From a bacterium (GTDB taxonomy: Bacteria > Patescibacteriota > Microgenomatia > UBA1400 > UBA12108), in contig JAJYKS010000004.1 of assembly GCA_021788365.1 (NCBI GenBank), forward strand, positions 28,284 to 92,283: a DNA stretch of 64,000 bases. The letters run 5' to 3'. Position numbers and translations under genes: made by a program. A model generated the notes under the pieces. It worked only from the letters and a program-made list of their open reading frames with translations, searched no databases and was not told the DNA's origin. Position 1 is the stretch's first letter. Every line of letters begins with the position of its first letter. Of the stretch, positions 52,889 through 61,269 are shown piece by piece.

Positions 52889-55267
52889 ATGCCAATTGCG
52901 GATTTGTTGGATAAACTAAAACCTGGTGAGAAAGCGGAGCCGGAAAAATTTCTCGCCCTAGAGCTGACAGACGACGTTGTTGCTGCAGCCACATGGCACG
53001 TCGCCGAAGAAAAAACAGAAATCGTTTCTTTGGGTACGCCAGTAGAATGGGACAGTGAAAAAGCGACGACCGCCGACCTCGTGCAAGCAGTCGATGCAAC
53101 AGTAAGTAGCGCCATCGAGGGATTGGTAACAGAACCAGATAAGGTCATTTTTGGGGTGCCACATGGCTGGACAGACGCCGAAGGAATTGTCACGGCAAAG
53201 CGCGACATGCTCCGCAAAGTTTGTCGCGAACTGGATCTCAAGCCCCTCGGTTTCGTCGTAGTAACTGACAGCGTTTTGAGTTATCTAAAAATGCAGGAAG
53301 GAACGCCGACAACTTCCATTCTTATTCAAGTAACGGGAGGGGAGATAGTGACCCTCCTGGTACGGCTAGGCAGGATTGAAGCGACCGAGGTGGTGGGTCG
53401 AAGCGACGACGTTGTAGCCGATGTGGAAGAGGGTATTTCCCGCTTCCCCGACGTCGATAATCTACCCTCCCGCATCGTAGTTTTCAACAGCATGCATAAC
53501 CTGGATGATGTCGTACAGAACCTGATGGGCAACGACTGGAACAGCAAGTTCAAGTTTCTTCATATCCCAAAAATTGAAGCGCTCGCAAAAGACGTTGTTA
53601 TCCGCAGCATCGCCCTAGCCGGGGGTCGAGAGGTCGCCAAATCGATCGGTTTTTCTGTTGCAGAAGAAAAAGAAACCTCACGAGAGCCAGGTACCACCAT
53701 CCTCCCCGTGCCAAAAAAAGAGGAAAAAATAGACAAAGCTGCAGAGCAGGAAGAAGACGCAGATATACCAGCTAAAAAAGTCGCAATCCCGCACCCAGTT
53801 GCAGAAAGTGACGTCGTCCCCGTAGAGGATATGGATTCATTTGGCTTTACCGTAGGTGGACCGTCGCTCCCCGCGCCGGTCGAGGCAGCCGAGGAGATAT
53901 CGCCCGTCGCAGCCATGGATCCCGAAGACGAAATGACCCCCGACACGGCTGCCCCTACCGAGCCCAACGATAATCTTGCCACCGACAGCTCACAAGATAT
54001 AGCCCATCCACATCGCTCGTTTCTCCAATTTCCCTCATTTTCCAGAGTAGCATTGCTGGTAAAGAAAATTCGTCTACCGAACCTATCTCTAGGCAGCATC
54101 CCTCGATTGCCATTTGTTGGTGTGGGCATCGCAATGCTAGTTGTTATCGCCACAGCCGGTGCAGCCATCTGGTTTCTCCCCAAAGCAAGTGTGGTGGTGA
54201 CGGCTACGCCAAAAGACCTGCCTCAGACAGCACAGATAACGCTATCGCAGTCTGGGTCGGCAGTAGATCCCACAACCAATACCATCCCAGCAACCGTCAT
54301 ATCTCAGCCGGAGTCTGGCAGTCAGACAATAGAAACCACAGGAAAGAAAATCGTTGGTACACCTGCCAAGGGTACGGTAACCGTATACAACAATAGTGCC
54401 CTCGCCAAAACGTTTGCCGCCGGGACAGTACTTTCCGTGGGCTCGCTCAAATATACGTTCGACTCAGCCGTCACAGTTGCTTCAGCATCTTCGTCATCGT
54501 CGACGCCAGGGGTAACGACAATCACCGCCGGAAAGGCTAGTGGAAGTGTGACAGCCGCCACGATCGGCGACGCCAGTAATCAGCCCGCTGGCACGCAATT
54601 TACAATAGCTTCCTTTAGCAAAGATACCTATTTTGCCCAAAACGATACGGTAATAGGTGGTGGCACATCCCAAGAAGTGCAAGTTGTCGCCAAGGCCGAC
54701 ATGGATAGTTTGGTAAAAGCTCTAACGGACCAGTTGGTGGGAGAGGCGCAGTCATCCCTGCAATCGTCGACGGGGAATGGTGTCGGCATATATGTAGTAC
54801 CCGACAGTGGCAAAGTAGATTCACAAGAATTCTCAGCCAAAGTGGGAGATCAAGCAAAAGAGTTGACTGGGACACTCTCAGTGACGCTACAAGCATTTCG
54901 CTATAGCACAACCGACGCAGGAAAGCTGGTAGATAGCGCCATTGAAAAAAGTATCCCCGAGGGGTACGTCCGTACAACCCAGCCACCCACAGTTTCCTTT
55001 AGCGGAGCAACAGGCTCTGCTAGTTCAGGAGAAGTTGTGGCGACGGCACAAATCTCTGTCAAACTCTTGCCGAAAATAAATACAACAGCACTAGCGAGCT
55101 CACTTCGAGGTAAATCGGCGGCGGCAGTCGAGGAAATACTAAAAACAATTCCAGGGTTCGAGAGCGCCAAAGTGCAGATTACGCCACTGTGGCTCCCGCC
55201 ACGCTTCAAGCTTATGCCACAGAATCCCCAAAATATCACCGTCTCGATAATTCCATCGTCGGTATAA
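52889..55267 (+). CDS. membrane protein with an N-terminal actin-like ATPase fold (FtsA/PilM family-like), a single TM and a large Ser/Thr-rich extracytoplasmic region
   Basis: 'LALELTDDVVAAATWHV' sits at the phosphate-1 position and 'ILIQVTGGEIVTLL' resembles the phosphate-2 DxGGGTT motif in degenerate form. A TM at about residue 440 ('FVGVGIAMLVVIATAGAAIWFL') is followed by about 370 aa outside. The start is moved to the Met after the intergenic repeat, which the ORF-track start translates. Confidence 0.4.
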   Translation: MPIADLLDKLKPGEKAEPEKFLALELTDDVVAAATWHVAEEKTEIVSLGTPVEWDSEKATTADLVQAVDATVSSAIEGLVTEPDKVIFGVPHGWTDAEGIVTAKRDMLRKVCRELDLKPLGFVVVTDSVLSYLKMQEGTPTTSILIQVTGGEIVTLLVRLGRIEATEVVGRSDDVVADVEEGISRFPDVDNLPSRIVVFNSMHNLDDVVQNLMGNDWNSKFKFLHIPKIEALAKDVVIRSIALAGGREVAKSIGFSVAEEKETSREPGTTILPVPKKEEKIDKAAEQEEDADIPAKKVAIPHPVAESDVVPVEDMDSFGFTVGGPSLPAPVEAAEEISPVAAMDPEDEMTPDTAAPTEPNDNLATDSSQDIAHPHRSFLQFPSFSRVALLVKKIRLPNLSLGSIPRLPFVGVGIAMLVVIATAGAAIWFLPKASVVVTATPKDLPQTAQITLSQSGSAVDPTTNTIPATVISQPESGSQTIETTGKKIVGTPAKGTVTVYNNSALAKTFAAGTVLSVGSLKYTFDSAVTVASASSSSSTPGVTTITAGKASGSVTAATIGDASNQPAGTQFTIASFSKDTYFAQNDTVIGGGTSQEVQVVAKADMDSLVKALTDQLVGEAQSSLQSSTGNGVGIYVVPDSGKVDSQEFSAKVGDQAKELTGTLSVTLQAFRYSTTDAGKLVDSAIEKSIPEGYVRTTQPPTVSFSGATGSASSGEVVATAQISVKLLPKINTTALASSLRGKSAAAVEEILKTIPGFESAKVQITPLWLPPRFKLMPQNPQNITVSIIPSSV

Positions 55268-55273
55268 TGGGGG

Positions 55274-56041
55274 ATGGATATGTCATACGCATACATAAAA
55301 GCGCCACCCGGCTATACACTAAAACGTGCACCCTCACTCGGGAGTCGCGCACGCCTCATAGCATCCACCACACTTCTAACGCTCGGTATTGCCGCATGCA
55401 CCTCGGTAGTGTACCCGATGATCGTGTATCAGATAGAATTTGCCCCACGTTTTGCCCACGCCCCGCGTGAAGCAGCAGTCACATCTGTCCCCCAGCTGGG
55501 GAGTCCGGTAGGCAAAGTTGAAGCAGCAGAAGCAGCGCCCGTCGTCGTCCCCGAAATGGTCAACACTTCACTCGACTATACCGATAGTAGTACATGGTTC
55601 ACTGGTGCTCCAACAGCGGTCGACCAAGCGCCATACTTAGTGTATTCGCTATCAATACCAAAACTTGGTATCAAGGATGCGGTTGTCCGCACCGACCATA
55701 CGGACCTTAAGAAATCGCTCATACAGTATGCTGGGACAGCCATGCCCGGGGATCTAGGGAATACGGTCATTTTCGGCCACTCGGTACTGCCGCAGTTCTT
55801 TGACCCTCATAACTACATCACGATCTTCTCAACTCTCCACACGTTGCACCCCGGGGATGACATAATTGTCGCGGCCGACGGAGCCACGTATGACTATAAA
55901 ATCGCCGATATGTACGCAGTAGAGCCAGACAACCTCTCACCTCTCGCCCAGAGTTACGACGGTCGATATTTAACACTCATTACGTGTACGCCCCCAGGAA
56001 CATTCCTCAAACGTTTGATAGTTCGGGCGGTTTTACAATGA
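55274..56041 (+). CDS. sortase-family transpeptidase
   Basis: An N-terminal TM anchor, the catalytic His ('VIFGHSVLP'), the active-site 'YLTLITCTPPG' (TLxTC) and the C-terminal Arg ('KRLIVRAV') are present. Confidence 0.75.
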   Translation: MDMSYAYIKAPPGYTLKRAPSLGSRARLIASTTLLTLGIAACTSVVYPMIVYQIEFAPRFAHAPREAAVTSVPQLGSPVGKVEAAEAAPVVVPEMVNTSLDYTDSSTWFTGAPTAVDQAPYLVYSLSIPKLGIKDAVVRTDHTDLKKSLIQYAGTAMPGDLGNTVIFGHSVLPQFFDPHNYITIFSTLHTLHPGDDIIVAADGATYDYKIADMYAVEPDNLSPLAQSYDGRYLTLITCTPPGTFLKRLIVRAVLQ

Positions 56042-56430
56042 ACGCTTTTCTTGGAGTGGACTACGGACGCAAGCACATTGGCGTGGCGGTCGCCGACGGC
56101 CCATTGGCCTCGCCGCTCGCCTCGCTCGGCATGTCGTCTGATCTGCCACTCAAGATCGCGGCGCTGGCAAAACAGCACGGAGCGGTGGGGGTAATTATCG
56201 GCATGCCGGATGGTCCGCTGAGGGCAGAAATAGAGGCATTTGCCAGGGAGCTTTCTACACACGTCTCGTGCCCCGTCGCGACCCACCCCGAGACGCTCTC
56301 CACAAAAGAGGCAATAGCAGCACTGCGTGCAGGCGGAGCCAAACGAAAGAAATTGCAAAACGACCACGTCTACGCGGCCTGTCTCATTTTAGAGGACTAT
56401 CTAGACAGCCAAGCCTCACACCTGGTGTGA
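56038..56430 (+). CDS. ruvX: Holliday-junction resolvase-like nuclease RuvX/YqgF
   Basis: 'FLGVDYGRKHIGVAVAD' is the RNase H-like N-terminal motif. The ATG overlaps the sortase TGA (ATGA). Confidence 0.8.
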   Translation: MNAFLGVDYGRKHIGVAVADGPLASPLASLGMSSDLPLKIAALAKQHGAVGVIIGMPDGPLRAEIEAFARELSTHVSCPVATHPETLSTKEAIAALRAGGAKRKKLQNDHVYAACLILEDYLDSQASHLV

Positions 56431-56451
56431 AGGCTCCTCACACCGGGTGTG
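56414..56451. promoter_or_regulatory. two tandem copies of a 15-nt palindrome TCACACC-N-GGTGTGA at the ruvX stop
   Basis: cctCACACCtGGTGTGa (56414-56430, containing the ruvX TGA) and cctCACACCgGGTGTGc (56436-56451). Each can form a hairpin or serve as a dimeric operator. Confidence 0.4.
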
Positions 56452-56531
56452 CCACATCCTCTACAGAAGATATCTTCCTGTTGTATACTGGAAATGTTCC
56501 TGCCTCACATTACGACAATAGAAGGAGGGGT

Positions 56532-56729
56532 ATGTTTAAGAATGTCATCGCACCAATACAAGCGTGGTTACTGTCACGTGGCCAGTGTGTTGGGTGTGGT
56601 ACTCCGCTCGAAAAGGGTGTTCATATCGCACACCCCGCGGGCGAAAAAATTACGTGTAAGTGCGGTCGCATCTTTATTTGCGAAAAAGGGACCAAAAAGT
56701 ATCGCCGTGCACTCTTCAGCGAAATATAG
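56532..56729 (+). CDS. small zinc-ribbon-like protein
   Basis: 65 aa. 'CVGCG...CKCGRIFIC' gives two Cys pairs. An SD (aggagggg) lies 3 nt upstream of the ATG. The longer ORF-track version overlaps ruvX out of frame. Confidence 0.35.
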   Translation: MFKNVIAPIQAWLLSRGQCVGCGTPLEKGVHIAHPAGEKITCKCGRIFICEKGTKKYRRALFSEI

Positions 56730-56732
56730 TAT

Positions 56733-57689
56733 ATGTCCAGGATCGCTCGTCGCCACTCCCGCTCACTTGTGTTTGTAGTCGGAGTGCTCAGCCTTGCAGT
56801 TGCGGTGCTATTTGGATGGATATTCGTGCACTCGGTGCTTCTACCAGTCATTCCAGGCGACACGACGGTAAAAAGTTTTGAGGTTACGCGCGGAGAAACC
56901 TCAGCAGAGATAGCCGCACAGCTGCAACAAGAGGGGTTGGTAAAGTCGAGCCTGGCGTTCCGTCTGTATATAAAACTCCACAATCTAGGCAGTCGCATCC
57001 AGTCAGGCGTATACCAAGTATCTCCCGGACAGAGTGTTGCACAGATCGCTGTGGGCCTAACCCACGGTATCGCCGACACAAAAGTGACCATTCCCGAAGG
57101 CTACCGCAACGAGCAAGTTGCAGAGGTAATCTCAGCAAAATTAGGACTCTCATATAAAGAGCTACTGGTGGCCATGAAGGGGCTGCAAGGGAGATTATTT
57201 CCTGACACATACTTCGTGGGCTCCGCAGCAACACCCGCCGACATCGTCGCGGAGTTCACAAAGGTATATAACGAAAAAACGGCATCCCTCAATCCCACAG
57301 AGGAAGACATAATAATTGCTTCGCTCGTAGAGCGCGAGACTCGAGGAGACGCAGAGAAGGGGGTTGTAGCCGGCATCTTAAGGAAACGTCTCGCTGCAGG
57401 CTGGCCACTCGAATTAGACGCAACAATCCAATACGCGCTGGGACGATCCGGCAACTGGTGGCCGGATACAACACTCCTGGATCGTAAGTCACCGTCCCCC
57501 TACAACACATACTTGCACACCGGTTTGCCGCCCGCTCCGATCTGCAATCCAGGCCTAGCATCCATAGAAGCAGCTGTTCATCCAGTGAGCTCGCCCTATT
57601 GGTTTTACCTCCATGACAAATCCGGCACCATCCACTATGCCGTAACCAACGCTGAACAATCACAGAACATCGCAACCTACATTCACTAG
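56733..57689 (+). CDS. mltG: endolytic murein transglycosylase MltG (YceG family)
   Basis: An N-terminal TM is followed by the YceG-like domain: 'FEVTRGETSAEIAAQLQQEGLV', 'TIPEGYRNEQV', and the catalytic-region 'ASLVERET'. Confidence 0.75.
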   Translation: MSRIARRHSRSLVFVVGVLSLAVAVLFGWIFVHSVLLPVIPGDTTVKSFEVTRGETSAEIAAQLQQEGLVKSSLAFRLYIKLHNLGSRIQSGVYQVSPGQSVAQIAVGLTHGIADTKVTIPEGYRNEQVAEVISAKLGLSYKELLVAMKGLQGRLFPDTYFVGSAATPADIVAEFTKVYNEKTASLNPTEEDIIIASLVERETRGDAEKGVVAGILRKRLAAGWPLELDATIQYALGRSGNWWPDTTLLDRKSPSPYNTYLHTGLPPAPICNPGLASIEAAVHPVSSPYWFYLHDKSGTIHYAVTNAEQSQNIATYIH

Positions 57690-57696
57690 AACCCTC

Positions 57697-57725
57697 TTGA
57701 CGGATCTAGCAGGTAGTGGTTTAAT
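57697..57725 (+). promoter_or_regulatory. sigma-70-type promoter candidate for rpoB-rpoC
   Basis: TTGACG (57697-57702), 17-nt spacer, TTTAAT (57720-57725), about 70 nt upstream of rpoB. Confidence 0.4.
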
Positions 57726-57792
57726 CACCTATTGCCCGCGGTAGTGCAAACAGGGCGTACCGAAAAAACTTCGTACGTCCGTTTTTATATTA

Positions 57793-60700
57793 GTGGCTAA
57801 AGGGGATCACTCCATGACTAAGAAGAGTCGTTTGTATTGGGGGAATGACACCAAGGTTCTTCCCAAGTTAGATCTTACTTATGTTCAGCGGCAGTCCTAC
57901 GAAGAATTTTTAAAGAAAGACATTCAAGAATATCTCCGCGAAGTCTCACCTATTGAAGACTTTACCGGCAAAACCTGGGAGCTATCTTTCGGCACCCACT
58001 ATTTTGAAGAACCCAAAGTTACTCCCGATGTAGCCATAACCAAAGGCGTCAGCTATGACATGCCCCTCCGCGTCCACGTCAAACTCGTGAATAAAGTCAC
58101 GGGTGAGGAGGTGGAACAGGATGTCTTTTTAGGCGACATTCCCAAGATGACCGAGCGTGGTACATTTGTAATCAGCGGCATCGAGCGTGCCGTCGTCAAC
58201 CAACTCGTCCGCGCCCCAGGCGTTTTCTTTGCCGGCTCCGTCGAGCCCACAACCGGCCGCCTCCTCCATACCGCCGAGCTCCGTCCCATGCGAGGGTCTT
58301 GGCTCGAGCTCTCCGTCGGCAAAAACGACGTCCTAACCGGTAAAATCGACCGCCATCGCAAATTTTATGTGACCACACTCCTCCGTGCCCTTGGCATAGA
58401 AGACGAAGAAGAGATTAAATCTCTTTTCAAAGACGTGGACACCGACGATCATCATCAGTACATTTTTGCTACCCTCGCCAAAGATCCCAACCACACACAA
58501 GAGGAAGCGCTTCTAGATCTTTATGACAAGATTCGCCCTGGTGAACCCGCCGTTTTAGAAAACGCCAAGAATCTATTCTTCCAAAGTTTCTTTGACCCTC
58601 GTCGCTATGATCTTGCCAAAGTCGGCCGCTACAAGCTCAATAAAAAGCTCGGCCTCGAGATCGAGAACAAGCCCGAGAATCAGGTTCTCCAAAAAGCCGA
58701 TCTTATCGCCATTGTAAAATACCTAATTGGCCTTCAGAACGGCGTTGGCGCCGTCGATGACATCGACCATCTTGGCAACCGCCGCGTGCGCCGCGTCGGT
58801 GAACTCTTAGGTGCGACCGCTTTCCGTATTGGTCTGCTTCGCCTTGAGCGCTCGATCAAAGAAAAGATGTCCTTGGTCAAACCTGACGAATCGATTACTC
58901 CCGTGCAACTAATAAACGCTCGTCCCGTGATTGCGACAATTAGCGAATTCTTCCGCCGCAACCGCCTCTCCACCATACTCGATCAGACAAACCCCCTGGC
59001 CGAAATCGATAACCTACGCCGTTTGTCTGTTATGGGCTCCGGTGGCGTCACCCGTGAGCGTGCAAGCTTCAGTATGCGCGACATTAATGCCAGTCAGTAT
59101 GGCCGCATTTGTCCAGTCCGCTCTCCGGAAGGACCGAACATTGGTCTCGTCACCTATCTTTCCCTCTATACTCGCATAAACGAGTATGGATTTCTCGAGA
59201 GTCCATATCGCAAAGTTGAGACAGTCAAGAAGGGCGGCAAAACAGTCATGAAAGTAGGGGACGAAGTTGTCTATCTCCCGCCCGACGACGAGCAAGCGTA
59301 TTACATTACCCACGCAGGCGTCAAAGTTGAGGAAAATGGCGAGATAAAAGAACCCTGGGTTCCGGTCCGTTACCACGGTAACTTTATGGAAGTTCCCGTT
59401 GAAAACGTACAGTTTATAGACGTCGTCCCCCGCCAAGTGGTCGGTACATCAGCGAGTCTTATTCCTTTTATCGCCCACGACGAAGCCAACCGTGCGCTGA
59501 TGGGTACCCACATGCAATGTCAAGCAGTACCCTTGATCCGCCCAGAGGCCCCGATTGTCGGTACCGGCATGGAAGCGGCAGTTGCCGAATCCATGAACTG
59601 GGTCGTAAAAGCGCGGCACGCAGGGGTAGTCGTCTATGCCGATGCTACGCGTGTCGAGATCGAGCTTGCCAAAGATGAGGTGGCAAAAGCCAAGGCGGAC
59701 GCCGAAGCAAATCCCTCCGAACACATAAAAATAGAAAAAGGCAAAGAAGTCTACACGCTGGTTAAGTTCTACCGAACTGCCGGCAGCACCTGCTACAACC
59801 AGAAACCTGTTGTCAAAGTTAGCGATAAAATCAAAGTCGGCGACATCGTTATAGACGGCCCTGCCTCCGAAGGTGGCGAGCTAGCCTTAGGTCGCAACCT
59901 AACGATAGCCTATGCTGCATTCATGGGTTTGGGATACGAAGACGCCATCATTGTTTCCGACCGCCTGGTAAAAGAAGATATTTTAACAAGTATTCACATC
60001 AATGAATACGAAGCAGCCGTCATGGACACCAAGCTCGGTGCCGAAGAGCTGACTCGTGACATCCCGAACGTCTCAGAACATGACCTGAGGAATCTAGGCG
60101 ACGACGGCGTCGTCGTCGTGGGTGCCGAGGTTACCGGAAATGACATCCTCGTAGGTAAGATCGCTCCCAAGGGTGAAACTGAACTGACGGCAGAAGAGCG
60201 CTTGCTCCGTGCCATCTTCGGTGAGAAAGCCCGCGAGGTTAGGGATACCAGTCTCCGCATGCCAAACGGCGAAAGTGGCACCGTCATCGAAGTTGCCGCT
60301 CTCGACCGCGAAGAAGGTGACGAGCTTGATCCTGGAGTCTTAAAAACAGTCAAGATCAAAGTAGCCCAGATCCGCAAAGTGACAGTCGGCGACAAACTGG
60401 CCGGCCGACACGGCAACAAAGGTGTCATCTCTCGCATTATTCCTATTGCCGACATGCCCTACCTCGAAGATGGTACGCCGGTCGACATTATTATCTCGCC
60501 ACTCTCAGTCCTAGCTCGTATGAATCTTGGTCAACTCCTTGAGGCGCACCTCGGCTTAGCAGCCAAGAAATTGGGCTATAAAGTTGCGCTCCCAGTATTC
60601 GAGCCTTTGGAAGAGAAGGTAATTGCAGCAGAGCTCGAGAAAGCTGGCCTGCCAGTCGACGGCAAAGCGAATCTCTACGACGGCCGCACAGGTCAACCCT

Positions 60701-61269
60701 TTGACAAGAAGACGACGGTTGGTATCGGATACATTCTGAAACTAATCCACATGGTCGAGGACAAGACACACGCTCGCTCGACCGGTCCCTACTCCTTGGT
60801 CACCCAGCAGCCCTTGGGAGGCAAGGCACAAATGGGCGGACAGCGCTTGGGCGAAATGGAAGTCTGGGCTCTAGAGTCGCACCGCGCTGCGCACGTTCTA
60901 CAAGAGATGCTGACAATTAAATCAGACGATCTCGTTGGTCGCGCGAAAGCCTTTGAGGCAATTGTGAAAGGTACTCCTATCCCTGAGTCGACGGTACCGG
61001 AATCATTCAAGGTTCTCCTGAAAGAATTAAACTCGCTCGGCCTCGATGTCATTCCGATCGAACCAAACGAAGTTCTCGAGGCTGATGAAGCCGATGAGCT
61101 CGAAAAGGAGAAAGAGCAGGGAGTATCGGGAGATGATGCTGGCGCTTCGGACGACACAACCACCGTCGCGGACGACGCAGACGATACGAAAAGTACAAGT
61201 GATGATAAAGACTTAGACGAGCTCGAAGGGCCGTCGGAAGAAGAATTAAAAGAGGAAGAAACACTATGA
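57793..61269 (+). CDS. rpoB: DNA-directed RNA polymerase subunit beta
   Basis: The beta-subunit signatures '[11 protein letters not shown]' ('[13 protein letters not shown]') and 'NLGQ' are present. Length is 1158 aa. An acidic low-complexity C-terminal tail is present. Confidence 0.95.
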   Translation: MAKGDHSMTKKSRLYWGNDTKVLPKLDLTYVQRQSYEEFLKKDIQEYLREVSPIEDFTGKTWELSFGTHYFEEPKVTPDVAITKGVSYDMPLRVHVKLVNKVTGEEVEQDVFLGDIPKMTERGTFVISGIERAVVNQLVRAPGVFFAGSVEPTTGRLLHTAELRPMRGSWLELSVGKNDVLTGKIDRHRKFYVTTLLRALGIEDEEEIKSLFKDVDTDDHHQYIFATLAKDPNHTQEEALLDLYDKIRPGEPAVLENAKNLFFQSFFDPRRYDLAKVGRYKLNKKLGLEIENKPENQVLQKADLIAIVKYLIGLQNGVGAVDDIDHLGNRRVRRVGELLGATAFRIGLLRLERSIKEKMSLVKPDESITPVQLINARPVIATISEFFRRNRLSTILDQTNPLAEIDNLRRLSVMGSGGVTRERASFSMRDINASQYGRICPVRSPEGPNIGLVTYLSLYTRINEYGFLESPYRKVETVKKGGKTVMKVGDEVVYLPPDDEQAYYITHAGVKVEENGEIKEPWVPVRYHGNFMEVPVENVQFIDVVPRQVVGTSASLIPFIAHDEANRALMGTHMQCQAVPLIRPEAPIVGTGMEAAVAESMNWVVKARHAGVVVYADATRVEIELAKDEVAKAKADAEANPSEHIKIEKGKEVYTLVKFYRTAGSTCYNQKPVVKVSDKIKVGDIVIDGPASEGGELALGRNLTIAYAAFMGLGYEDAIIVSDRLVKEDILTSIHINEYEAAVMDTKLGAEELTRDIPNVSEHDLRNLGDDGVVVVGAEVTGNDILVGKIAPKGETELTAEERLLRAIFGEKAREVRDTSLRMPNGESGTVIEVAALDREEGDELDPGVLKTVKIKVAQIRKVTVGDKLAGRHGNKGVISRIIPIADMPYLEDGTPVDIIISPLSVLARMNLGQLLEAHLGLAAKKLGYKVALPVFEPLEEKVIAAELEKAGLPVDGKANLYDGRTGQPFDKKTTVGIGYILKLIHMVEDKTHARSTGPYSLVTQQPLGGKAQMGGQRLGEMEVWALESHRAAHVLQEMLTIKSDDLVGRAKAFEAIVKGTPIPESTVPESFKVLLKELNSLGLDVIPIEPNEVLEADEADELEKEKEQGVSGDDAGASDDTTTVADDADDTKSTSDDKDLDELEGPSEEELKEEETL

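Noticed and set aside
53560-54183. 207-aa minus-strand ORF inside the 818-aa gene
   Set aside because: It is antisense to the Ser/Thr-rich ectodomain coding region and has low-complexity composition. No support was found.
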